A DNA stretch of 63,260 bases, filler included, from Atractiella rhizophila (taxonomy: Eukaryota), in NCBI GenBank assembly GCA_021432655.1. It is 5 parts of 4 records of this genome, joined end to end, with 100 filler letters (N's around TTAATTAATTAA, not from the genome) between each part and the next. Parts side by side here need not be neighbours in the genome. Positions count along the whole stretch, not along the records: positions 1 to 30,020 come from MU271714.1; 4 more parts are not named here. One strand, given 5' to 3'. Both the position numbers and the translations under genes were made by a program. Positions 12,851-23,627 of this stretch are shown here, in pieces; position 1 is the first letter of the stretch, and every line of letters begins with the position of its first letter. Under the pieces are notes generated by a model. It made no database searches and was not told where the DNA came from. It was given only the letters and a program-made list of their open reading frames with translations.

Positions 12851-14990
12851 ATGCAGAACCTGCGACTCGGAGCATTCCTTAGGCCTGACCCATCCGTCTT
12901 GCTTGAGCCGCTTTCTCTGCAACATGCACCGACTCTCATACTTTCCGAAAAAATTAATTATCATCCCGGATGCTTGTGGGAGGAAGTCCAAAAGGACGGC
13001 TTCAATATTCCATCTCGTTCCACTGGAAGACATTATTCTGTGACTTATATGGACGACCTTTTAGCTGAACTTGAAGCCATGAAACGCTATAATTTTGTGG
13101 CATTCAGTGAGTACAGCTGCATCAAAGAGTTACTTGGGTAAGTCCTACAGCAGACACACCATTCGTGGCGAGTTTTTACCTTGATGTAGTGGGGATTCTC
13201 ACCGCTTAAGCTGTTTCTTGGAGGATCTTCAGCGCCTCCTATCCTTCATTCACCCAGCCAATTGTTTAGCGCCGATTCACATTCGTTATCAACCAGCCAG
13301 TGACAGTATGTTCGCCTCTTTGCCTTGCAATTTTAAACCAGAAGTGGTCCGCGTCTTACATCGCGATCATTGCATGTTAACCATCGTTCTTCTGGTAAGT
13401 TGTAACTTACCTCTGACTACAGATATTGACATTTAATGCCACTCCTAGCCGCCTGGATCTCTTCGGGATGATGATTGGGTGGGATTTGAAACGACAGGAC
13501 TCGCTGAAGTGGACGACAAGGCGGTGATTCGAGGACAGTACATGCGATTCCTTTCTGTTGTCATGGCGGAAGAACCTTTAGAATCAATCGCCGTCTTCTG
13601 CGACCTGCAGTCTTCCGTGACATTTCGATTAGACTATGATATCTCCTACGCATTCCATTCGCAGGAGCCTTATCTTCCTTTCTTGACGATGCTTTATGAA
13701 CAGTTGAACAATGGCTGGCATAGCAGGCAGTATTTTCGTCGTACTGGACTGCCTCTTTTCCCGGACGTAGCTGTTTTAGGCTGTCGAAGAGATCCTTCAG
13801 CTGGATTGGAAGTTGATTTAACAGCCATATCCAAATCTTCTGATTTTGACACATTTGATGTTCAGACCGCTGACTACTCTCTACAACAAGCCATTACATT
13901 GTGGCATCAGGAGCGCTTGCAGAAAGGGATTTTATGGCTGGAGAACTTACAAATACCTGGAACAAGCATGACCGTTGTGTCTGTTCTCGAGCCAACGAAC
14001 CCCAGGTCCACTGAACCTCTGCTAATTCTAAGTACCAATGATCCGCTTGTGCTTTTCCGACAGAACGTTATGCTTCACGCCATGTCGAAGCAGCGATCTT
14101 CCCTGCCGGCCCTTGATCTCAAAACCGGCGAATCTATACAGCTTCTTCGTTCTCTCAGGTCCGGCCAACAACTGTGGGGACAAGTTTACGAAGTTACGAT
14201 CCCTGAAAGAGACCTCAACGGCACCCGTCTTGTCCTGAAGATTTATGAAGAACGTTTGTATCCCTTTCCAGCCTGGAACGGAGCAGGGGAGGAAGCTTGG
14301 AAACGCATTCGCCGTTGGCCAGACGCAAACGATTGCTTGACGCGGGAGCAATCTGCATATTCTTGGTTACACCTACTCCAAGGGTCAGCTATACCGAGGT
14401 CTTATGGTTTCTACGAGGTGAGCTTGGTGGGTCGCATCCCGTCGAAAATGAGAGAGAGAGACTAGGTACGGCTGCCGGATGGAAAGGTGGCACCAGCACA
14501 CCTGCTCGAGTTTGTCGAAGGTCCTCATATCGACGAGGTAGATCTGAAATCACTTTCAGCTGAAGATCAACAGGCATTCGTCAGGATTTCCTCATCTACA
14601 TCCTCCTCATTGGCTGATCTCTGTTCAAAGTACATCAACGCGATGACGATGATTGGCGCCATGGTGCTTCTTGGTGTGAATCATACCGACATTGACCAAC
14701 GTCCAGACCAAATTATCTGCCATACCAATGGATCCGGAGTGCCTAATCCCGTCCTGTTAGATTTTGGAATGGCGAACTGTGGCATTTTCATGGACGACAG
14801 CACTCTACTCTCAAAGGATACAGGATGGAACTTTCAACTGATCAAAACTCCAGATTCAATGCACATGGCGTGGACCTTAAACCAATATCTACCTTGGGAT
14901 GTAACAGAACATCCGGAAGTGGTTTCAACTTACGCCTGGAAGTGGATGAAGACGGCAAAATTTGGACCTTTCGACGTGAAGTGGGAATGA
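12851..14990 (+). CDS. Protein kinase-like protein with N-terminal restriction-endonuclease-like domain, copy 1
   Basis: Exons 12851-13137, 13190-13394, 13449-14417, 14466-14579 and 14631-14990 join in frame. Motifs GQQLWGQVY, VLKIYE, REQSAY, LLEFVEG, HTDI and LLDFG. Confidence 0.85.
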
Positions 14991-15069
14991 CTGTTAGGAT
15001 GGATGTCGGACCATTACATTTTAGATTACAAGTAGACAGCACATCAATGCATTTCGTTACGAATCCCAG

Positions 15070-15200
15070 ACACCCCAGTTGCTACAGTTTCATCTCCCTC
15101 TGCCTTACCATAGTCTCAATAAGCAGCAATGGTGGTCTCGGAAGTCTGGTTGCCAGGAACCTTGTGTGGTCGACGCCTTCCGAGATTCCTGACTTCCAAG
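15070..15200 (-). pseudogene. Relic of the 3' end of the RING/TRAF gene
   Basis: ctacagtttcatctccctctgccttaccatagtctcaata..ggaagtctggttgccaggaacctt matches 23628-23730. Confidence 0.6.
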
Positions 15201-16020
15201 CACGCTGATCCAGTTTTAGATCGTTCTGATTGGAAGTGTGTTCGAAGATGTGAGTTGAGGTCTACATGAAATTCGAAAGCATTTATTCTTTTACCGACAC
15301 TCTGGGCACTCAGGTGTCCAAACTGTTCCACGGTTGTTAGGCTCACGCGTTGAGGTTTGGCTTGCGAGGGTTCTGCGAGCCAACGAGAGCTTGTGAGCTT
15401 TGAAAGGAACTCAAACGAGGTGGTAAGTAGAAGCAATGCTCACCCGCCACCTCTAGGGGTTTGGGTAGGAGACAGCCTGAGCTCTGCAGTGGAGGGAGGG
15501 TCGGGCAAAGAGACGATGCAATCAAAGAGAGTTGAAAGGAGAGCTTTGGAGAGCGGTTGGTCGATGAGTTTGGTGATCTCTGTGCGTTTGGACTTGGACC
15601 TGGATCCTTTCCAATGTGTGGTGAGAAGCTGGCTGAAGCTCAAGCTCGACACTAGCTGTTCTGAACTTTGAACCGCATCTCGAAGGAGAGGAACTGGTGA
15701 GTTGGGTTAGTCAAAAGGATATAAACTGTACTCCAGGTGAGCCCTTTCAAGTTGACCCAGTTATTTTGAGCTACTATTATTTCACTCTGCCGTTCATCAA
15801 CTTGCGAAAGCAATCATTTGTTTGTTTTTGAATTCAGATTGGGGCAGAAATGTGTGTACTTTGTTCTGGGTGTCCTCATTCTACCTGTGAGCATGAACAA
15901 GATCTGCTATCAGAGTTTGGTGGTTTGGGTGTTTAAACCTTTCAATTTCTCCGGACAATTTTTCTAACCTATCCAGTTTTTCCAATTCTACACAATTCAT
16001 TCATAGAGCCTTGTGCGTCC

Positions 16021-16150
16021 TTATCTTAAACTCCCCGCCTCCACGAAGCCATCGCCATCAAACCCGATTGTTATCAAGCTCAACCAGTCGCAGAATGCCG
16101 GGGCCATGGCAACCTCTTCTAACTTGACAAACGCCCATTTCCACGTAAAG
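16021..16150 (-). pseudogene. C-terminal remnant of the nuclease-like gene, unit 2
   Basis: Encodes WAFVKLEEVAMAPAFCDWLSLITIGFDGDGFVEAGSLR*. The rest of the gene is deleted, so the remnant ends about 35 nt before the kinase copy 2 ATG. Confidence 0.7.
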
Positions 16151-16184
16151 ATTTATCTATTGACGGCTGCTGTAGGATTGGAGA

Positions 16185-18295
16185 ATGGAGAACGTTCGTC
16201 TTAGAGCTTTCCTTCGGCCAGATTCCTCCGTCCTGCTTGAGTCGCCTCCTCAACACGCCTCGAGTTTCTCACAACAAATTGATTACCACCCCAAATGCTT
16301 GTGGAAGGAAGTCCAAAAGGATGATTTCAATATTCCGTCTCGGAGGACTGGAAGATTCTTTTCGGTGACGTATATGGACGACCTTAGGGCTGAACTAGAA
16401 GCCCTAAAACGCTATAATTTTGTGCCATTTGATGACCACAACATGGCCAGAGGGCTGCTTACGTAAGTCTAATAACTGGTGTGGCGAATTTTGATCCCGG
16501 CGTAGTGGTGATTCGCATCGTTCAAGCTGCTTCCTGGAGGATCTCCAGCGCCTTCTGTCCTACATTCATCCGGCTAATTGTCTAGCAACAGTTCAGATTC
16601 AGCGTCAATCACTAACTAGCATTGATACGCTCGCCTCCTTGCCTTACAACTTGAAACCAGAAGTTGTCCGGGTTAGACATTATGACCATTGCATTATGAC
16701 GATTGTCCTTTTGGTGAATTGTCATTTGCCCTAACTACAGACATCTAATGAATCTTCTAGTCACCCGGATCTCTTCGGGATGAGGATTGGTCAGGATTTG
16801 AAAAGACAGCATTCGCTGAAGTGGACGACAAGGCAGTGATTCGGGGGCATTTCATGCGACTTCTTTCGTTTCTGATGGCTGAAGATCCGCTGAAATCCAT
16901 CGCTGTCTTCTGTGACATGCAGTCTTCTGTGACCTTTCGGTTGGCTTACCGGGTTCTCTATGCTTTTCATTCGCAGGAGCCATATCTTCCTTTATTGACC
17001 CTGCTTTACGAGCAATTTGATATCGGCTCGCGTTGCAGGCAGTACTCCCGCCGTACTGGGTTGCCTCTTTTCCCAGACGTAGCGGTTTCAGGATGTCGAA
17101 GAGATCCATCAGCTGGATTGCATATTGATTTAACAAACATATCCAAATTCTCCGAGTTTGACCCATTTGACGTTCAGACAGCTGGCTATGCTTTCCAACA
17201 AGGGATTCTATCGTGGCATCAGGTGCGCTTGCAGACAGGGCAATCATGGCTTGATAATTTGCTACTGCCGGGAGAGAAACTACCTGTTGTCTCTGTTCTC
17301 AAGGCAACGGAGTCCATGTCCACTGAACCAATGCTGATTCTCAGTACCACTGATCCTCTTGTGCTCTTTCGACAGAATGTCATGCTTCATGCCATGTCGA
17401 AGCAACGATCTTCCTTACCTGCCCTTGAGCTCAAAGTTGGCGAATCTATACAGCTTCTTCGTTCGCTCAGGTCTGGGTCACAACTATGGGGTCAGGTCTA
17501 TGAAGTTACGATCCTCGAAAGGAACCTCAGCGGTACACGTCTTGTTCTGAAAGTTTATGAAGAACGCTTGTACCCCTACCCAGCATGGGAGGCACCCGAT
17601 GAGGAAGCTTGGAAACGAATTCGGCGCTGGCCGAACGCAATGGATTCCTTCACACGGGAACAATCCGCTTATTCTTGGTTACACCTACTCCAAGGGTCAG
17701 CTATACCGAGGTCTTATGGTTTCTACGAGGTGAGCTTGGTGGGTCCCATCCTATCGATACTGAAGAGAGACTAGGTACGGCTGGCTGATGGAACGGTGGC
17801 ACCGGCACACCTGCTCGAGTTCGTAGAAGGTCCCCATATCGACGGGGTAGATCTGAAATCACTTTCAGCTGAAGATCAACAGGAATTTGTGAGCATTTCC
17901 TCATCTATCCCCTTCCCATTTGCTGATTTTGGTAGTACATCAACGCAATGACGTTGATTGGCGCAGTGCTACTTCTGGGTGTGAATCATACTGACATTGA
18001 CCGTCGTCCAGACCAAATTATCTGCCATACCAATGGATCCGGAGTGCCTAGCCCCGTCCTGTTGGATTTTGGAATGTCGAACTGTGGCATTTTCATGGAC
18101 GACAGCACTCTACTTTCAAAAGATACAGGATGGGACTTTCAACTGATGTCCACTCCAGATTCAATGCATATGTCGTGGACTTTGGAGGAGTATCTACCTT
18201 GGGATATAGCAGAGCATCCAGAAGTGATTTCGACCTATGCCTGGAAGTGGATGAAGACGGCCAAATTTGGACCTTTCGACGTGAAGTGGGAATGA
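16185..18295 (+). CDS. Protein kinase-like protein, copy 2
   Basis: Same 5-exon structure as copy 1 and splices in frame. Motifs VLKVYE, HTDI and LLDFG. Same C-terminus KFGPFDVKWE. Confidence 0.85.
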
Positions 18296-18399
18296 CGCTT
18301 CGTTTTAGGTTAAATGTCTGGTCATTACATTTAAACTACAAGTAGGCAGTAAGTACCACAACACCACAGCGCATTTTGTTACGCACCTTCAGTTGGTAC

Positions 18400-18780
18400 A
18401 ATGTCATTTTCCACCTGCTCCCAGCACCGTTAGTCCCAATACCCCAATTGGCCATGGGAACGACCTTTGACGGCGCAGGAGGAGAGGCCGATTGTCATGG
18501 TCGCTCCTTTTTTCTTGTGCATTCCAAGGTGGATTCCAAGGTGGAATAGACCCAGGCTGCGAAGGCGACAAGGACCAAATTGTACCCTTCTTGCATCTCA
18601 TCCCCTTCGAGCTTCGTTTGCGCATAGTCACACCGTTGTCTTCCTGTCTCCTTAACGGCCTCGTCAGAATCTAACCACCAACCCTCTCAATGCAACTTCC
18701 TGTCCCCTCTCACCCGCTGATGGGACACTCATCCTTCAAGACTTCCTCAAGCGTCATGGCCTCAGGCCCGTAAATTACAT
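18400..18780 (-). pseudogene. Degraded relic of the RING/TRAF gene
   Basis: tagtcccaataccccaa matches about 23660. ttgcatctcatccccttcgagcttcgtt..cacaccgttgtcttcc..gacactcatc matches 24320-24470. Confidence 0.65.
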
Positions 18781-18839
18781 TGAAACACGCCGGGAAATTG
18801 GGTAATCGAGTTTCCCTGACGGAGCAATAGAGGCAAAAG

Positions 18840-19360
18840 TGGATGTGAGGCAGGTAGCAACCTGCTGGCTGTAGAGAATGTACTCTGCTTCGGCCGTTGA
18901 ACTTTTCAATCGTATTAAACCATTTTATATATGATCATCGCGGGTGGATCAAGCGGGGCGATGGGCTCCGAGCCAGCTGAGCCGAGATAAGTCTCTCAAC
19001 AGACAAAACAGTGACGAACCGTCCAAGCATGTCACAAAGTACATGATGAAGTTGGGCAGTAAGCATCAATGCATGTACGTATCTGAAGCGCAAGTCAGGG
19101 AGAGGTAGAGCAGTACTCACGTAACGGCATCATCTGCTCTTGCAATCTGATATGTACCGACTCCACTTTGGCTATCATGCACAATATCCTACCTAAGAAC
19201 TTGAGAGCTGCGTCAGTGGCTAAACTTGAAATGGTGAGGGAAGTGCCAAAAGGTAGGACGTAAAGCTGACGAGAGGTCAAACACGAGGGCATGTGAGGAG
19301 GATTCATAATTTCTTTTAGCTGGCGCATGATGACAAAATGACTTTGAGGTGTGGCGAGAA
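18840..19360 (-). pseudogene. Degraded relic of the ATG7 5' region
   Basis: ttgaacttttcaatcgtatt matches about 10103, actcacgta..tctgctcttgcaatc about 10378, ctatcatgcacaa about 10459 and gtgtggcgagaag about 10709. The blocks are colinear. Confidence 0.65.
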
Positions 19361-19627
19361 GCAACGGACGGAGAAAGAGTAAACTTCACTTCTCCAGACC
19401 AGACCAGACGGGGGCTTCAGTAATTACTGATAGATACTTCTTTCAAGGTGAGCCCTGAGCACTTCAATATCCGCTTTGTCTTTCGCTGCAATTCAGAAGG
19501 GAAAAATTCTTTTGAGTTCGGCTTGCGCGACATCATTTCTGCCTTCTTGTGGCCCTTTACAAGTTTATAAGCTCTTGAAACATTGTCTAAGATTTCACTT
19601 CACCCTATTCACTTCCTCCCATTACTC

Positions 19628-21300
19628 TTAATACCTGGCTTTCCCCAACTTTTCCTTCTTGACGAAGCCATTGTTGTCAAAGCCGATTGATTTCAAGCCC
19701 AACCAGCCACAGAATGCTACGGCCATTCGAACCTCTTCTACGTCAACAAACGCCCATTCTACGTAGATTTCATCATCCGTATGTATGATACGCATGAGGA
19801 GATTTGATTTGTGGTCAGTCAGGTGGATGTAACGTGCCTTGTAGTACTTTGTATACCGGAAGACTTGAGGCATGATGTATTTGAGTTTGTTTGTCAATGG
19901 AATCATCTTATCCAAGATCGAATATGTACTTTGAGATTCTCGCTAGGAGGCATCATCCGAGTTAGTTCGACAATGTCGCTCTGCGTAAACGCCCCATGTT
20001 TCTGTGTCAAACTGTCAGCAATTGCCCACAGAGTTAACGAATTATCTTTCTTTGATTTCCTGTAGCAAGAAGTTTCGTTCTTGTTTTTCCTGATTCTTTT
20101 CGTCGCCATCGAGAAGTTCTACGACGCGGAAGAGATAATCCACTCGCACTGAAGCTGTCTTGTCAGAAATCTGCGAAATGGAAGCATGTGCGTACCTGAA
20201 CTCCCGTGATTGTCTGCCCCAGATGCACCGAATGCAGCTGTAGCTTCTTTGTTCTTTTGCATCGTGGATACTTCTGAACCAGCTTTGCTCGCTGCATTGA
20301 CTGCATTATCTTTGGCAATGCTCTGTCGGACTTCTGCTTAACAGTGGACCGTAAACCGTGTTACGTGCCTACTGTTTGATCTGTGACTCTATCTGTACGT
20401 GGCCATGGCGTTCAGAGAAAGAGTAACAGGTGTGTTACAGTCTTTTATGATCTGCCCGCTTCGTATTTTAAGAATGCTTGTCCTTGAAAAGTGAACATTC
20501 TTACGCAATGTCAGCTTCATTTCTCGCTTTATCGAAACAGGGGTGGGCAGTACACAGAGGTAACTGAGGTGGCGCTGGCTTCCCACAGCCGGGGCTGGAA
20601 AATTCCTTGACGTCTTCCTCAAACTTCGTATATGTTGAATGTTCGCCCTGCTTATCCAGTGGCTCTTCCGTGAAATGCCGCCAGTTTACCTTCTTGAATT
20701 GAATTTGTTCACATTTTAGAACCTCTTTCGCCTCTCTTTTCGTCCCATTGGACGAGTAAGACCCTGATGTCGAATCGTTGGATCCTGGATGGCCAAAGAT
20801 TGGAGTGAGTTTGGTCAAAAGCGTGTCGAGGATGGTCTGAGTAAGACTGTCTGGAGGAGGTCTAAAGTAAGTACCGTGCGACGGCAGCTGATCTTGTGGA
20901 CAATACTCGGAAGACCAGACAAATGGCATCTTGGTTGGCAGGGGTGTGTGGGATATGGTACGAATGTTTCATCAAGCAAACCCATTTTTATATGTTGCCC
21001 TCATCCCTTTCTGACATGCTGCCTTTCTCCATGCTGCCGTTATCTCGTTTTAATTTGAGACACACGACACTTCTTTCGCCTTTGTCTATCTTGTTCTTGG
21101 GTATGGCACGTCACAAGTCGCCATTGTTCCAACGATACGCCTTCTTCGCGCACAAGGAAGCTCTTCGCAGGATCTTTGTGCCTTATTCTCACATACATTT
21201 ATCGTCAAGCCTTGTTAACATTCTCGAATTCTATTCTTCAACGTTTAAGCCTCAACTCTGACCGATAGACTTGTTGCCAATCTGGCTTTATGTTCTCATC
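19628..21300 (-). pseudogene. PD-(D/E)xK-type nuclease-like pseudogene, unit 3 (best preserved)
   Basis: Spliced SS|ASVRVDYLFRVVEL..NFLLQEIK|KHGAFTQSDI..KYIMPQVFRYTKYYKARYIHLTD..EWAFV..RMAVAFCGWLGL. In-frame stop at about 20338, frameshifts at about 19915 and 20505. 5' limit approximate. Confidence 0.7.
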
Positions 21301-21395
21301 GATTAGGCGATTCAAACTTTCAAATTCGTAAACTTCATCCATCTGACTTCAAACCTAGGACAAGCTGAATACTAAACGGAGTTCCGGATTGAAGA

Positions 21396-23522
21396 ATGCA
21401 GTATCTACGCCTTACAGCATTCCTCAAGGCCGATCCGTCTGTGGGATTGTTGAAATTGCCCTCACTTCAGCTTAACACCGCAATTTCATTTTCAGAAAGC
21501 GAATATCACTGCGAATGTTTGTGGAAGAGAGTCAGAAAGGATGATTTCAATGTCCCTTCTCGCGACACTGGAAGATTTTTTAGCGTGACTTATATGGATG
21601 ACCTCCGAGGCGAACTGGAAACGCTGCGTCACCACGCGTTTGCGCCGTTTAACAAGGACATCAAGGTCACAGGTTTACTTGCGTAGGTTTGCCACTGGTG
21701 CGTCAATCGTAACGAGTTTGATTTGGATGTAGCAGCGATTCACATCACTTAAGATCTTTTATACAAGACCTCCAGGGACTTCTCCCATACCTTCACCCAG
21801 CGAGTTGTCTGGTACCTGTTCACATCCAATGTGAATCACCTTGTGACCGTACTCTTGATTTCATGCCTTGGAGTTTCGAAGCGGAAGTTGTACGCATTTT
21901 ACATGGTGACCATTGCATGATGACGATTGTGGTTATTGTACGTTGTGATCTACCTGTGGCCACGGAGCTGATCCATAACCATCCTAGCCACCGGGATCCC
22001 TTTGTGAGAAGGATTGGTCGGGATTTGAAAAGGCAGAATATGATGCGATCACCAGCACCACGTCGATTTCAGGGAAATACATGCGACAACTTTCACTTTT
22101 CATGAAAGAAGAGCCTTTGGGATCGATCGCTGTTTTCTGCGACCTGCAATCCTCCGTAACCTTCCGATTGGGTTACTCCATTTACTATGCTTTTCATTCG
22201 CAGGAGCCTTATCTTCCTTTCTTGACGATGCTTTATGAACAGTTTAACAATGGCTTGCAGAGCAGGCAGTATTTTCGTCGTACTGGACTGCCTCTTTTCC
22301 CGGACGTAGCTGTTTTAGGATGCCGAAGAGATCCTTCAGCTGGATTGCAAGTTGAATTAACGACTGTCGCCAAATCTTCTGATTTTGACACATATGACGT
22401 TCAGACCGCCGACTATACTTTACAACAAGCCATTATATTGTGGCATCGGGAGCGCTTGCAGAAAGGGGCGTTATGGCTGGAGAGTCTGCAAGTACCTGGA
22501 GCAAGCATGACCGTTGTGTCTGTTCTCGAACCAACGAACCCCAGGTCCACTGAACCTCTGCTGATTCTCAGTACCTCTGATCCTCTTGTGCTTTTCCGAC
22601 AGAATGTCATGCTTCACGCCATGTCGAAACAACGATCTTCTTTGCCGGTCCTTGCTCTCAAAACCGGCGAATCTATACAGCTTCTTCGTTCTCTCAGGTC
22701 CGGCCAACAACTGTGGGGACAGGTTTACGAAGTTACGATCCCTGAAAGAGACCTCAACGGTACCCGTCTTGTCCTGAAGATTTATGAAGAACGTTTGTAT
22801 CCCTTTCCAGCCTGGAATGGAGCGGGGGAGGAAGCTTGGAAACGCATTCGCCGTTGGCCAGACGCAAATGATTGCTTGATGCGGGAGCAATCTGCATATT
22901 CTTGGTTACACCTACTCCAAGGGTCAGCTATACCGAGGTCTTATGGTTTCTACGAGGTGAGCTTGGTGGGTCCCATCCTATCGATACTGAAGAGAGACTA
23001 GGTACGGCTGCCGGATGGAACGGTGGCACCAGCACACCTGCTCGAGTTCGTAGAAGGTCCCCATATCGACGAAGTAGATCTGAAGTCACTTTCAGCTGCA
23101 GATCAACAGGAATTTGTGAGCATTTCCTCATCTATCCCTTTCCCATTCGCTGATTTTGGTAGTACATCAACGCAATGACGATGATTGGCGCCATGTTACT
23201 TCTAGGTGTGAATCACACTGACATTCAGCAACGTGCAGACCAAATTATTTGCCATATTAATGGGTCCGGAGTGCCTAACCCCGTTCTGCTAGACTTCGGA
23301 ATGTCTAATTGTGACATATTCATGGACGACAGTACTTTACTATCAAAAGAGACGGGATGGAACTTCCAATTGATAGGGACTCCAGATTCGATGCACATGG
23401 CGTGGACTTTAAACCAATATCTACCTTGGGATATAACAGAACATCCGGAAGTGGTTTCAACGTATGCCTGGAAGTGGATGAAGACAGCAAAATTTGGACC
23501 TTTCGACGTGAAGTGGGAATGA
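21396..23522 (+). CDS. Protein kinase-like protein, copy 3
   Basis: Same 5-exon structure and splices in frame (exon 2 from 21733, exon 3 from 21988). Kinase motifs conserved, N-terminus more diverged. Confidence 0.85.
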
Positions 23523-23627
23523 AAGTTTCATTTTGGATTCGATGTCTGGTCATTACATTTAAACTACAAATAGACAGTACAAATACACAACAATGCATTT
23601 CGTTTCGCATCTCAGACCCCTCAGTTA

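Noticed and set aside
10700..23600. Module as a transposon
   Set aside because: No terminal inverted repeats, target-site duplications or transposase motifs seen. Flanking-gene relics indicate tandem segmental duplication.
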